Assembly (NCBI GenBank): GCA_029717555.1
Contig: JAMDHS010000066.1
Coordinates: forward strand, 62,001-119,350
Length of the DNA stretch: 57,350 nt
From: Peribolospora baueri
Lineage: Eukaryota
Reading direction: 5' to 3'
A program made the translations under genes and the position numbers. How positions within the stretch are numbered: the first letter of the stretch is position 1; every line of letters starts with the position of its first letter. The notes below the pieces were generated by a model. The model searched no databases. It saw only the letters and a program-made list of their open reading frames with translations, and was not told where the DNA came from. Shown piece after piece: positions 47,099 through 57,350 of this stretch.

Positions 47099-50000
47099 AT
47101 GGCCCAAGGACCGGCCAGCGCAGGCAGAGGTGAGGTCGGGGCGGGCGATTGGGACAGCTTCTGGGAAGAGCAGAAGCGCTCCGTCCCCTTGACTTTGTGA
47201 GGGATAAGTATTGATTGTATGCTTGAATATCTTTGCAGATATTTTGCCTCGAGCAGCTTCATCCGCATCTTCGCCCAAACGTCGCCGCTTGAGCCCCGCT
47301 CCCCTCCCGGCACTCGACCCTGGCACTGCGGCTGGTAGCTTAGAGCGGCTTCCGCCGCCGAGTCGGTTTGACCATGCCGCCACCCCTACGAGCGCGGCTG
47401 GCTCGTGTCCAGATTCCCTCCACCTTGTCCTTGCAAGCATCGCAGGCGTGCAACCGGGACGTTCCCCCACGCATTCATCGCGCGATGTGGGCCCTGGGAC
47501 GGCGCACTGGGCTGGGGCCTCACAGCGACGCCCGACATCGTCTCCTTCCTCGCCACGTCCGCCTTTGCGAGATAGTCAAGCCCCAGTTGTGTCTCGTTCT
47601 ATCAGACCAATGGAGAGCGCGCTCTACGACCAAGGGCTCGGCGATGCACGATCAGTTGATCCACACTTCATAGAACGTGCACCTCATGGTCACGATGCCG
47701 GCCTTCCTATTGTCGGATTTTCCACCGCCGGGGGGAAAGGTTTCAAGACACCGTCCAAAACAGCATTGCTGGCCGCGCAAGAGAAGCTTGCTAATGCGGA
47801 CGCAAGCTACGAAAGGGGGAACACGAGCCAATCAACCAGAGCTGCTCCCTCCTCCCTTGCTATTCACACTCCGGGGAGCGTCGCCGTGCCTCGAGAGGCT
47901 CCGACCGGACATTCAGCGCCGAGAACTCCTCTAGCTCCTTTTCGTAACTTGCAAGAAACCTCTCGGCTGCTGGGCAACACCTCGCCGGCAAAATGTTTTC
48001 TCAAGCGATCTGGTTCTAGTGACGCCAAACCCGGAAAAGAAAAAATTCCGTCGGCTCCCAACTTGACAAGCACACCAGTGCGCTCCAGTTCCACCAAACA
48101 CAGCATCGGACAACCCCTGGTAGGAACAAGTCGAATGTCGCCGAGTGTGCACAACTCAGTCCATAGTGACACGCCGATATCGTCGCCGGTCATGTCTACA
48201 CCTCGCCGCATTCATCTCGGAATGACGCCACGGCCAAATCACCCTATCAGTGGCACCAAGCGACAAAAGTTCTCTACGCCGTTCAAGCACGGTAAGAAGC
48301 CGGATCCGTCAACGCCTTTCGTCGCTGCAAGAGCGACTGCTGCTTCGACGACCAAGACACTGCGCGCCGCGACGTCGACAAGCTTCACTACTGGTCGATA
48401 TGATCTCACTGTAGGCACACCAGCCACGGTGTTCAACTTGGATCGTAAGTCTTCGCTGTGTGCTCAAGCTAGCGTAAATCTGTGACACGGTCTCATTGGA
48501 ACGTGCATGCAGGTCCCCCGAATCGGGCAAGTCTCCGTACCTGTGGCCTCGTTCCTGGTCGACGGTCAGAGGAACAGATAAAGAGCCTAGGCGTGTGAGC
48601 ACTCGTGCACACTACTCCATACGCCCGATATCTTGAAGACGCTCACCTCTTTCTGTTCTGATTATACAGTCCAGATGAAATCATTTCCATGAGCGTGGCA
48701 GTCGCGCCCCGTTATATTTTTCCATCGCTCGGCGGTGCGAATGAGGGCTTCGGAGTCAAAGAGGCCTGGCGCGAACTGCGAACCGTGGGCTGCAAGTTAC
48801 TGGCGTACGAATGGGTGGAAAATCACTGGTCGCTGGTCCTGTGGAAACTGGCCTGCTACGTGAGGTGCCGTCCGGAAGAACTGAGTCAGTGGTGGAACAA
48901 GGACGAAGTCTTGCGTCAGCTGCGATACCGGTGAGTGGCCAGTCCGCCGTCGGCCACTCGGAGAGCGTAGCCTCACTGCTGGCCTTCCTCCCTTCTGGTA
49001 GTTACGAACGCGAGGTAAATCACGCACACCGTTCAGCCATCAAGCGCATCCAAGAGCGCGACGCATCATGCTCCGCGCCCCTGGTGCTAGCGGTGTCCCG
49101 CATCATGTCGCCATTAGGTGGCGCCGAAGACACCGGTACACGCATCGCCGACACTTCGACCCGCGGCCACTGCTCCTGGGCTGTCGAGCTTACGGACGGG
49201 TGGTATCGCATCGGTGCTGAGACTGATCCAGTGCTTAGCCGCGCTATCAGTCGAGGGAAACTGCGGGTCGGTCAGAAAATGGCCATCTCTGGTGCCAAAG
49301 TGAGCCAGTTCCGTCACTTCCCGGAGGAAGGCTCTTGGACTTCGGGATAAAATCAGAGAACAAACTGACGTCCTTCCTGCATTCATTAATCAGCTTAACT
49401 CATCTGGAGAAGGGGAAGACGTCTTGACGGCGACCAGCAAGATCGTCTTGGCCGGTAATTCCACGTCGTTAGCTCGTTGGGACGCTAGACTCGGCTTTCA
49501 GCGCGTGCCTTTCATCGCCACACTTTCAAGTCTGACTGTAGATGGAGGTCCCATCGCCCTGATGGACATTATCGTCACGAGAGCCTTTCCGCTGGGCTTT
49601 GTCGACAAGGCAGGGTCGTCGGGCGGGGCTTGGGGATACGAAGAAGAAATGAAGAGACGGGACGTATGGCAGGTGTGTGTTGATCCGGCCGCGACTTGTA
49701 ACCAAGCTGGAAGACGTGGACGTGTCTGACCTCTCTGTCACGATCCGCTGCAGGCCCAATACGAACGCGAGCAACAGAAATTGGAGGCGAGCTTTGAAAG
49801 GCAGCTGCAGGATTTCGAGGAGTTGGTTCGTATCGTCGAGGCACACGCTGCGGAGGTTGAGCGGGACGACGAAAAAGGTGAGCGAGAATTAACTCGTTTT
49901 TAACCGGGTTCCTTGGTGGTCTGATCTGACCGCATGTCGCGTTGAATTGCACTGCCGAAGACTTCTCGTCTTCCGTTGTGGAGAACATGTTCAGGCAACT

Positions 50001-50562
50001 GGAGGCCTCCAAAGACCGTCACACATTCCTGAGAAGCGTCCCGCGAGCGTCTTTGCCTCATCTGGCAAGCCTTTCTCGCCAGCTATGCTCCCGAGACGTC
50101 ACCGCCACTCGGTCCGAGATTGTGTGCGAGCTGGAGGTGAGTGAGCCAGTTGATCCGAATGTAGGTTGAGAACAAGTTACCAACGGCGCACCCCTTCGCC
50201 TAGTCCACCTGTCCGCCCCGCCAGGTTCGGAACTTCCGCATCGTGCGCTTTGAAGATTTTGCCAGGCGCAAGATGAAACCGCGACGCACCGTCCAATTGA
50301 CCGTGTGGGATGCCTTGGAGATGGGGGGCGACGGGCTGAAGGAAGGACAGCGATATTTGGTAAGCTGATGGACGTTTGTGTCGTCCGGCCAAAAAATGGC
50401 CGTTCCCTTGCATTAAAGTCGGAAATCTCTCTGTGATTGGGTCTTCATGAGCAGGTCACAAACCTCACTCCCTCGCGGGTGTCACTCTGGCGCCCCTCAA
50501 GGCTCGGTGACGAGATCTTCCTGCAGACACGGGCGAACACGACGTGGAGATTGCTGTCTTGA
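47099..50562 (+). CDS. BRH2: BRCA2 homologue (Brh2): single BRC repeat, helical and OB domains; multi-exon
   Basis: BRC GFSTAGGKGFKTPSKTALLAAQEKL; WVENHWSLVLWKLA; QLRYR|YEREVNHAHRSAIKRIQERD; ELTDGWYRI; NSTSLARWDARLGF; LTVWD...LKEGQRYL|VTNL. Confidence 0.93.
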
Positions 50563-50954
50563 CAGACGTCAGACGCTGAAATGCAATTTTGTATGGACGT
50601 AAGAAGCTTATAGGCTTGTAGAAGACTCTGTCAGCCTTGCTAAGAAAGGCACGTCAAGCGACGCTAGGCGCTTCGTGCAATGCCCATGTAATAAAACGCT
50701 CCTCCTGATCTTGACGAGTACATATGTTGTCCATAGTCCTCGATGGTGGCAGGTCCAAGTTTGATCAGATGGTGGCCGTAACCCTAACTCGGCTCCGCCG
50801 ATCGCCCACCTCGCACCACGACATCAAGAACACGACGAATCGCTTCCTACTCGCACGTTCGCATGCTCTGACCTCGGCGACGCCTTCTCGCTTACAGCAA
50901 CCTTCCCTCGTCGCAGCCCTGTTAACGGCTAGGCGAGGCATTGTGCTTGAGGAG

Positions 50955-53900
50955 ATGTCATTTGACTATTTTTATTGGGGCCAGGATGATGAAGGGGGCA
51001 TCGGCCACGGCCCTGAAGCGCCGCCCGGAAGTCCACCTACTCGTGAGCGTCACGTTTCTAAAATGACGCAGCTCCTAATGGAGACTGTGAATCGGAATAA
51101 CCCGCTCAATGCAATCCCATCGTTTCCTCTGTCTTTCCTTGCGTTCGATCAGGGAGATTCGAAGGTCCATGGCTTCAACAGCAGCTCACCATCTCCCTCG
51201 TCATCGGCCTCAGCTCCTTCTTGCTATTCTGCGTGCTCAGGAGGCGTTTCCCCGTCGTCTTCGCCCCAAGAACAAAACTGAAGGGTGAGCCGGCAAGGGT
51301 TACACTGTAACAGTATGAGCTCTAACGGGCGCTCACGAACCCCTATCCCGTCCCAATCGCAAGGCTTTTCTCCACATGACGCACACATTGACGATTCCTT
51401 CCTCGGATGGATCATGCCGACCCTACGAACGTCCGAATTCACGGTCCTACAAATCGTCGGCCTGGACGCTGCCGTGGTGAGTGCGCTCGTTGTGCGCCCT
51501 CATTTCCAATCTTTGGAAGACTCACCTGTGACTGGCCCTTGATACAGCTCCTGAGCTTCCTCAAGATGAGCTTCTACTACTTCGTCATCCTGAGTGCATG
51601 GTGTGTAGGCCTTCTCATCCACGACTCGCCATTTTCAGCGACGGATAGTTGACTCGGCGACGGCTGGTTGTGTCTTTCTCTTTTCAAGGGGCTGCATCGT
51701 CCTTATGCCCGTCAACTGGTGGGCCATCGGCAGCATCGACGGCACGCCCGACGAACCGCGCAACGGCACGACTCCTTCAGACCCAGATCACAATTCTACC
51801 TTTACCTCTTCCTTCGACTTCGCCCTCTCCGACTACTTCGACCTCGACCTGGAAATAGCCCCGACGACGGTCCTGACGACGTCACACCTCGTCTCCGCCT
51901 ACATAATCTCCCTCCTCGCCCTCCGCTTCCTTTACACCACCTACGTCCAGTTCGTTCGCTCCCGTCAATTGTTCAGCCTCGAGCTTGTGCACTCTATTCC
52001 GGCCCGAACCGTCCTCCTCGAGAACCTGCCCAACCATCTGCGAGGCGAGCGCGCCCTGGCAGAGTATTTCGAGGCGCTCGACATGCGCGTGGAGAGCACC
52101 TCGGTTGTGCGCGAGACCGGAAGCTTGGGCGCAGCTCTGGACAGGCGGACCAAGCTTTTGAATCGCCTCGAGCGCGCGTGGGTCAGATGGCTCGGCAACC
52201 CTAGCTCCGTGGAAGCTTATGACCCAGACAACGCGGAGCGCTTCGGTGGGATCCAGACTGTACCGGAGGAGGACGGACCGGATGTCGAAAACGGCAACAC
52301 GCCGCTCATCGTCCCCAATCGGAAGAGGCCGATACGGAGGATTGGGTTCAAAGGGAAAAAGGTAGATGAGATTGATTATCTCACCGTCCTGTTTAAAGAG
52401 GCCGATGAGAATGTGAAGAGGCTTAGAAGGTCCAAGTTCCGGGCGACGCATGTCGGGTGAGCGATACACCCTTTTAAAAGGACAAACACCAACGGCCCGG
52501 TTTCCTCGGCATACTCACTGGCTTGGCGATTCCATCCTCCTCCGTTCCTCTCCCTTTCAGCTTCGTTACCTTTGAAGATGCTGCCTCAGCGCAGATCGCC
52601 GCCCAAGTCGGTGAGCAAAATGTTCATGCTCTGCCCCTTTTAGCTGGCGCTGACGGATTATCGATTCTCACCCTCACCTCCGAAAGTCCACTACCCGGTA
52701 CACAACGCGGCCCTCACTTGCCTAGCCCCAGAACCACGCGACATAGTCTGGGCGAACGTCTCCCTTTCCCCCGGCGCGCTCATGGCCCGCAAGGTCCTTG
52801 TTTCTCTCTTCATGATATTCCTGCTCCTCTTCTGGGGTGTTCCAGTCACGTTCTTGGCCTCGTTCTTGAGCTACGAGGCAATCAGGAAGAACGTGCCCGC
52901 CCTGGCAGGTTGGATCGAGGAGAACCCGAGATTGGTTAGTCTATGTTTGGCGATCATATCCGATGTGGATTAGTGCTCATTCGTGCACGCTGACTGACGG
53001 TGACGTGTGCTGCACTCCATTTCCCTCAACCCTGTCAACAGCGCGCACTGGTGCAAAACTCTCTCCCCTCTATCGTGCTAATCGGCTTCAATGCGCTCCT
53101 TCCGGCCCTCCTCGAAGGAGCGTCGTATCTTCAAGGCCTCAAGGCCAGGTCTTGGATCGAGTACTCTTTGTTCAAGAAGTGAGTGTATTTTCGCCTGTCA
53201 CGGTAGAGAGGAGTGAGCCGGGATAGACCCCTTACGATTGACACCACCAATTTGCCCCTCTTTTCTTCAACGAACGGCCCAATAGATACTTCCTCTTCCT
53301 TATCGTCAACGTCGTCGGTATCTTCATTGTCGCCTCCACCGCATGGTCCATATTGGCCGACTTGGCTGGCAGTCCGATTAAGCTTTTGGACGTGAGTGTT
53401 GGGTTATCTCGTTTTCTTTTCGATCGTGGGCGGACGGGGAGAAGATGGTTTGATGTTGACGACTGGAATTGTCTCTTTCATATTTCTGAAGAAACTCGCG
53501 CAATCGTAAGTCGCAGAACGGCTTTGTGTACAACCTCACATTCTTCTCAGACGAGTCGTGTCTCCCCTTCCTTTCTACGCAGACTTCCCGGAGCGAGGCA
53601 TTTCTTTCTCTCGTACGTCGTGCTCCAAAGCGTAGCTATCATGCCGCTTCAGGTGAGGATATGGGTTGTGTTATCATGGAAAGCCTATATTAAAGCAGGG
53701 CGATGAGGGCACTGCTGAACGTCCGCTCTTTTCGCCAGCTCTTGCAACTGTCTACCATCCTGCCGAGGGCCTGGTCTTCTCTCTTCGCCAAGACGCCCCG
53801 AGGTGAGTTAAATCTGTGAACTTACTCGTTATCGTTGTGCTGAACCATAGAAACTGGAAAGCCTGACTGGAGGATTATCTGACGTTCTCGGACAGATTAT

Positions 53901-55473
53901 GCCGAACTCAACGCTCCGCCGACGCTCGTCATTGGCACCGTGTACCCCCAGGCGCTGCTCATCTTCGTCATCTCCATCCTGTACAGCGTCGTGTCGCCCC
54001 TAATTTGTGTCTTTGGAGCGCTATACTTCGCCATGGCTTACCTGGTGTACAAGGTGGGTTACCATCGATCCTCCATTCTTTTGTCCGACCGTTCTCACAT
54101 TGCGCTCCACGCCGCTCACCACTCATTACCGGCTTCCCTCAGTATAAGCTCCTATTCATGTACTATCGACCCTTCGAGTCTCGTGGTCAGGCCTGGCCCC
54201 TCTCGGCCAACCGCTGCCTCCTGGGCGTCGTGCTCTTCCAGCTCTTCATGACCTCGCTCTTCTCCGTGCGCAAGACCTTCGTCGCTACCGTGCTCATGGT
54301 TCCCCTCATCGCCTTCACCGTCTACTTCGGCTACCTCATGACGCGCAGCTTCCGGGGCTTGAGCAAGTACGTTAACCTAAGCTCCATCAAGGAGGTCCAG
54401 CGCGGTGGGGAGAACGAGGAGATCATGCGGCTCCGCGAGGGGCATCCCGTCAGCGCCAGTCAGAGCAATTTGTCCAGGAGGAGGTATGCCGCTCAGGACG
54501 AAACTCTGTACGTGGCTCAGGAGGATGATAAGACGGATTACAAGGTACGTGCCGGGTGTCCCTGGCAGAAACGTAACCACCGGTAGCGGCGTCGACGAAT
54601 GGATGCGTTCGGAAGAAGGACTGATTTCGTCGTCTCTATTTTCTCGATCGGTCTCGCGTTTTGGCAGGAGCCCCCACAATGTACGTGTGCTTACGAGCTA
54701 GGCGCAACTTCGTGTGTCTCCACTGATTCGTCTTTCTTCCCCTTTTTGGCATCTTCCCTTCCCTGCTCCCCTTCATCCCCTTAGCTGGATATTTCCGGGG
54801 TGTGCTAAACACCGGCCGCAGAAGATATGGCCACCCGGCCCTGACGGGCATCCTACCGAGTGTGTGGCTTCCTGTGAAGAAGGAGAAGGTCAGGAACGGC
54901 AAGGACAGTGCGCCGAAGAACCAGCCGATCGTGCTCACCCTTCGACGGCGGCACAGCTCGATGCGGAACCGGCGCATCTCGTCCATAGTTCGGCCTACGG
55001 AGCCGTCTCAGCGCACGAGCGTCGGACCGCTCGTGGACGTCGGTGTGGAGCCTTACGAAGATCACACGAGTGTGTGGGCGTCCAGCGAGGTGCCGAACAA
55101 TGAGGGAGAGGCGACGGCCAGCAACGACGTTCCGGCGTCGGGGAGCGTGACGGACCTAGGCGCCGTGCCGTCCAGCCCTGCGTCCTCTCGCCACACGGCA
55201 CTCATCTCGTCGCCTCTGCGCCAGCGCTTCAGCGGCGTAAGCACGACCGCGATGCAGCAGCCTCCTGCATCCGCGAGCAGCTACAGCTATGAAGGTCCGA
55301 GCGCGGTACCTTTTCCGACCGGGGACGCGGAAGAGGGAGGGGAGGGCGAAGGCGGGGAGAGCGATGAGGAGGAGGATGACGAGGCGGAGGGCGTCTACAT
55401 CCACCGTCCACCCACCGGCCGGAGCAGGCACGTTCCGGGAGCGTTCCCTGGTTTCGCGGACGAGGACGAATGA
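50955..55473 (+). CDS. OSCA/TMEM63 (Csc1/Rsn1/Phm7 family) calcium-permeable stress-gated channel; many exons
   Basis: RRFEGPWLQQQLTISLVIGLSSFLLFCVLRRRFPVVFAPRTKLK, LQIVGLDAAV, HSIPARTVL, FVTFEDAASAQIAAQ, LAPEPRDIVWAN, YPQALLIF, YYRPFESRGQAWP, LNTGRRRYGHPALTG. Confidence 0.93.
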
Positions 55474-56247
55474 GGGCGAGCGAGGATCATTAGCCGCTGT
55501 TCTCCAGACAGCGACTAATAAAGGGGCGAGAGTTTGACTGCCCTCTTTTGCTTGGTCTTGCTCATGGCGGCGCCTATGGAACGGTGTTCATCTTGTCTTT
55601 CTTCCACTCTCTCGGCTCGTTTTTCCCCCTCCACCACCTCCGAGGACACTCGTCCCATCCCCCTTCTCTCGGTGTGTTCTCTCATCCCACGCGCCCGCTC
55701 GCCCAGTATCCCTTCCATATTCGTATTCCAAGTCATCCACTGACGTTCTTGATACCTCCCCCCGCTGTGTATTCCGAACCATTTTCCCCGCTCGTCTCGT
55801 CTATCTATAGTTTCCCCGCTCGTCTGCTCTCTCTATAGTATCATCAGTTTAGTCTGGCGTTCAACCTTTAGGGATGTCGAAATAGGTGCCGCTGCCGCTT
55901 CCCATATTCCGTTATGGATATCATCGGGCTTGGCGTGTGCGTCTTAATACGGAAACTCACTTCACTGTCTGGAGCACAGTAGACAGACTGAGAAAGTCTA
56001 TATCTCTCATGACCGGAGCCCCTTCCCACTGCTCCAGGCCCCGGGCCGTGGTGCACGATAGTAGGCGCCTCGCTCACGCCAGGCCCACCAAGAAAGGTGA
56101 TCCACATTTGTAATATAGGTCCAAACGACACAGCGTATACACGCGCTACAGCAACAAGTGAAATCTGTTGCCTGCGTGTCGAGCGAATAAATACCCACAT
56201 CCCCCACCATCCATCCATCCTCGACGGACCATCCCGTGATGGGACCA

Positions 56248-57307
56248 TCAGCATGATGCGGAGGCGTACTTGTAGATGAGGACACCCTGCGAGGCGGAGG
56301 GAATGACCATCTTGTTCGACGCGGGGTCGACGGCGACGCTGTGCGCGAGCACCGCATCCGTCTTGATCTGCTGCACCACCTTGTAAGTGGTCGCGTCGAT
56401 GATGTTCATCACCGGCGCCGGCGTGCCTTCGGACGTGCCGTTGGACGTGTTCTGATAGTCCGAGACGAAGAAGAGGCGGGTCGTCGGGTCGTATGTCGTC
56501 TGGTCCGCGCCGGCTGCGCCTTGGATGTTGCCCAGTACGGTGGCCGGGTTGGCAGTGACGTTGAGGACGACGGTGTGGGCGATCTTGAAGGACGCAATGC
56601 TGTCGGAGCTGCAGCCGAGCAGGAGCTGGCCGGGGGGGCCAAAGCTGATACCGTGCGAATTGCACTCTTGCGTCTGGATCACGCGGACGAGCTTGAAGGT
56701 CTCGGGGCTCACCACGTCGATCTCGCCTCCCAGGTTGGTCTTGCTTTCGGGCACCGACACATACACGTTGCCGTCCACCGGGTTATAGGCAGCTGGAGAC
56801 GGGAGTGTAGCAGAAAGCGAATGAAGCAAGGCGAGGAATGAGCGGAGGGAGAAGGAAGCGGGCTCGTAGGGACCTGCGAGGTGCCTCACGCTGCTCAAGT
56901 CCGTTGGTAGCGTTTGGGAACGCCACAGACTTGACGACCTTCCTCTTCTTAGCGTTGATGAAGACCAGACGGGCCACGGGCGCCTCCGGAACCGTGACGG
57001 CGACGAGGCCGGTCTTGGGGTCGTAGGCAAACTCGTCCGCTCTCGTCTTAGCGCCCGTCTTGATGACGTCCACGACGCTGAGGTTGGCGGCGTTGATGAC
57101 CTTGACAGTGCCGTTTCCGTCGCCGACGAACAGCTCGTTCAGGTCGGGGATGGCGATGAGGCCGTCCGGACCGGACACGCTGTTGTTGGCCTTGCCGGAT
57201 GAGGAGATGTTGAGGCCGACGAAGCCGGTGGCCTTGCCGATGTACTTGCCCGAAGAGAGGTTAATGGCGTCTGAGAGGGACGGAGAATCGATCAGCATCA
57301 CGTCTTT

Positions 57308-57344
<37 letters not shown>

Positions 57345-57350
57345 CCCAAA
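56248..57350 (-). CDS. Beta-propeller protein (YVTN/YncE-like), probably secreted; 5' end lies outside the window
   Basis: SGPDGLIAIPDLNELFVGDGNGTVKVI, RADEFAYDPKTGLVAV, GLEQ|PAYNPVDGNVYVSVP, GADQTTYDPTTRLFFVS, AHSVAVDPASNKMVIP. Intron at ~56791-56889. Strong GC3 bias. Confidence 0.75.
57310..57344 (+). repeat. Poly-T homopolymer (35 nt) within an intron of the beta-propeller gene
   Basis: Direct observation. Confidence 0.9.

Noticed and set aside
50779..50788. TAACCCTAAC telomere-like motif
   Set aside because: A 10-mer within chance expectation, located in a short promoter/5' UTR region.
50724..51281. 185-aa ORF as a separate gene or as the start of the OSCA gene
   Set aside because: It reads through intron 1 into the wrong frame. 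The spliced model from ATG 50955 restores the conserved first TM segment.
57310..57349. Poly-Lys ORF start or retrogene poly(A) tail
   Set aside because: The homopolymer lies upstream of a clear acceptor (CTCAG at ~57272-57276 on the minus strand), so it is intronic.

Overview
Gene-dense, intron-rich eukaryotic DNA, GC-rich by eye, with GT-AG introns of roughly 70-130 nt and CTGAC/CTAAC/CTCAC branch sites. The gene content fits a basidiomycete fungus; this is an inference and no species is assigned. About 18 protein-coding genes are present, mostly housekeeping and often in tight head-to-head pairs: mitochondrial phosphate carrier, RSM27, a CIR-N protein, a RING+RRM protein, an MFS transporter, COG8, ATG101, a PEHE-domain protein, TAF2 with two C-terminal bromodomains, SHO1, FIP1, RML2, IST1, BRH2/BRCA2, an OSCA/TMEM63 channel and a partial beta-propeller gene. 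The main oddities are four. (1) A homogentisate 1,2-dioxygenase gene has a ~590-bp block of four exons on the opposite strand plus several deletions. (2) The first TAF2 intron is most simply read as AT...AC with U2-type signals. (3) A decayed Ty1/copia element has its integrase and RT N-terminus replaced by a repetitive coiled-coil insert. (4) An accessory patch at 18.7-21.9 kb holds an LTR-like unit, a triplicated splice acceptor in a Kex2-type secreted-peptide gene, a frameshifted LYS1 fragment and an AT-rich island. All protein identifications come from motif recognition by eye, not database searches. Gene spans include introns.
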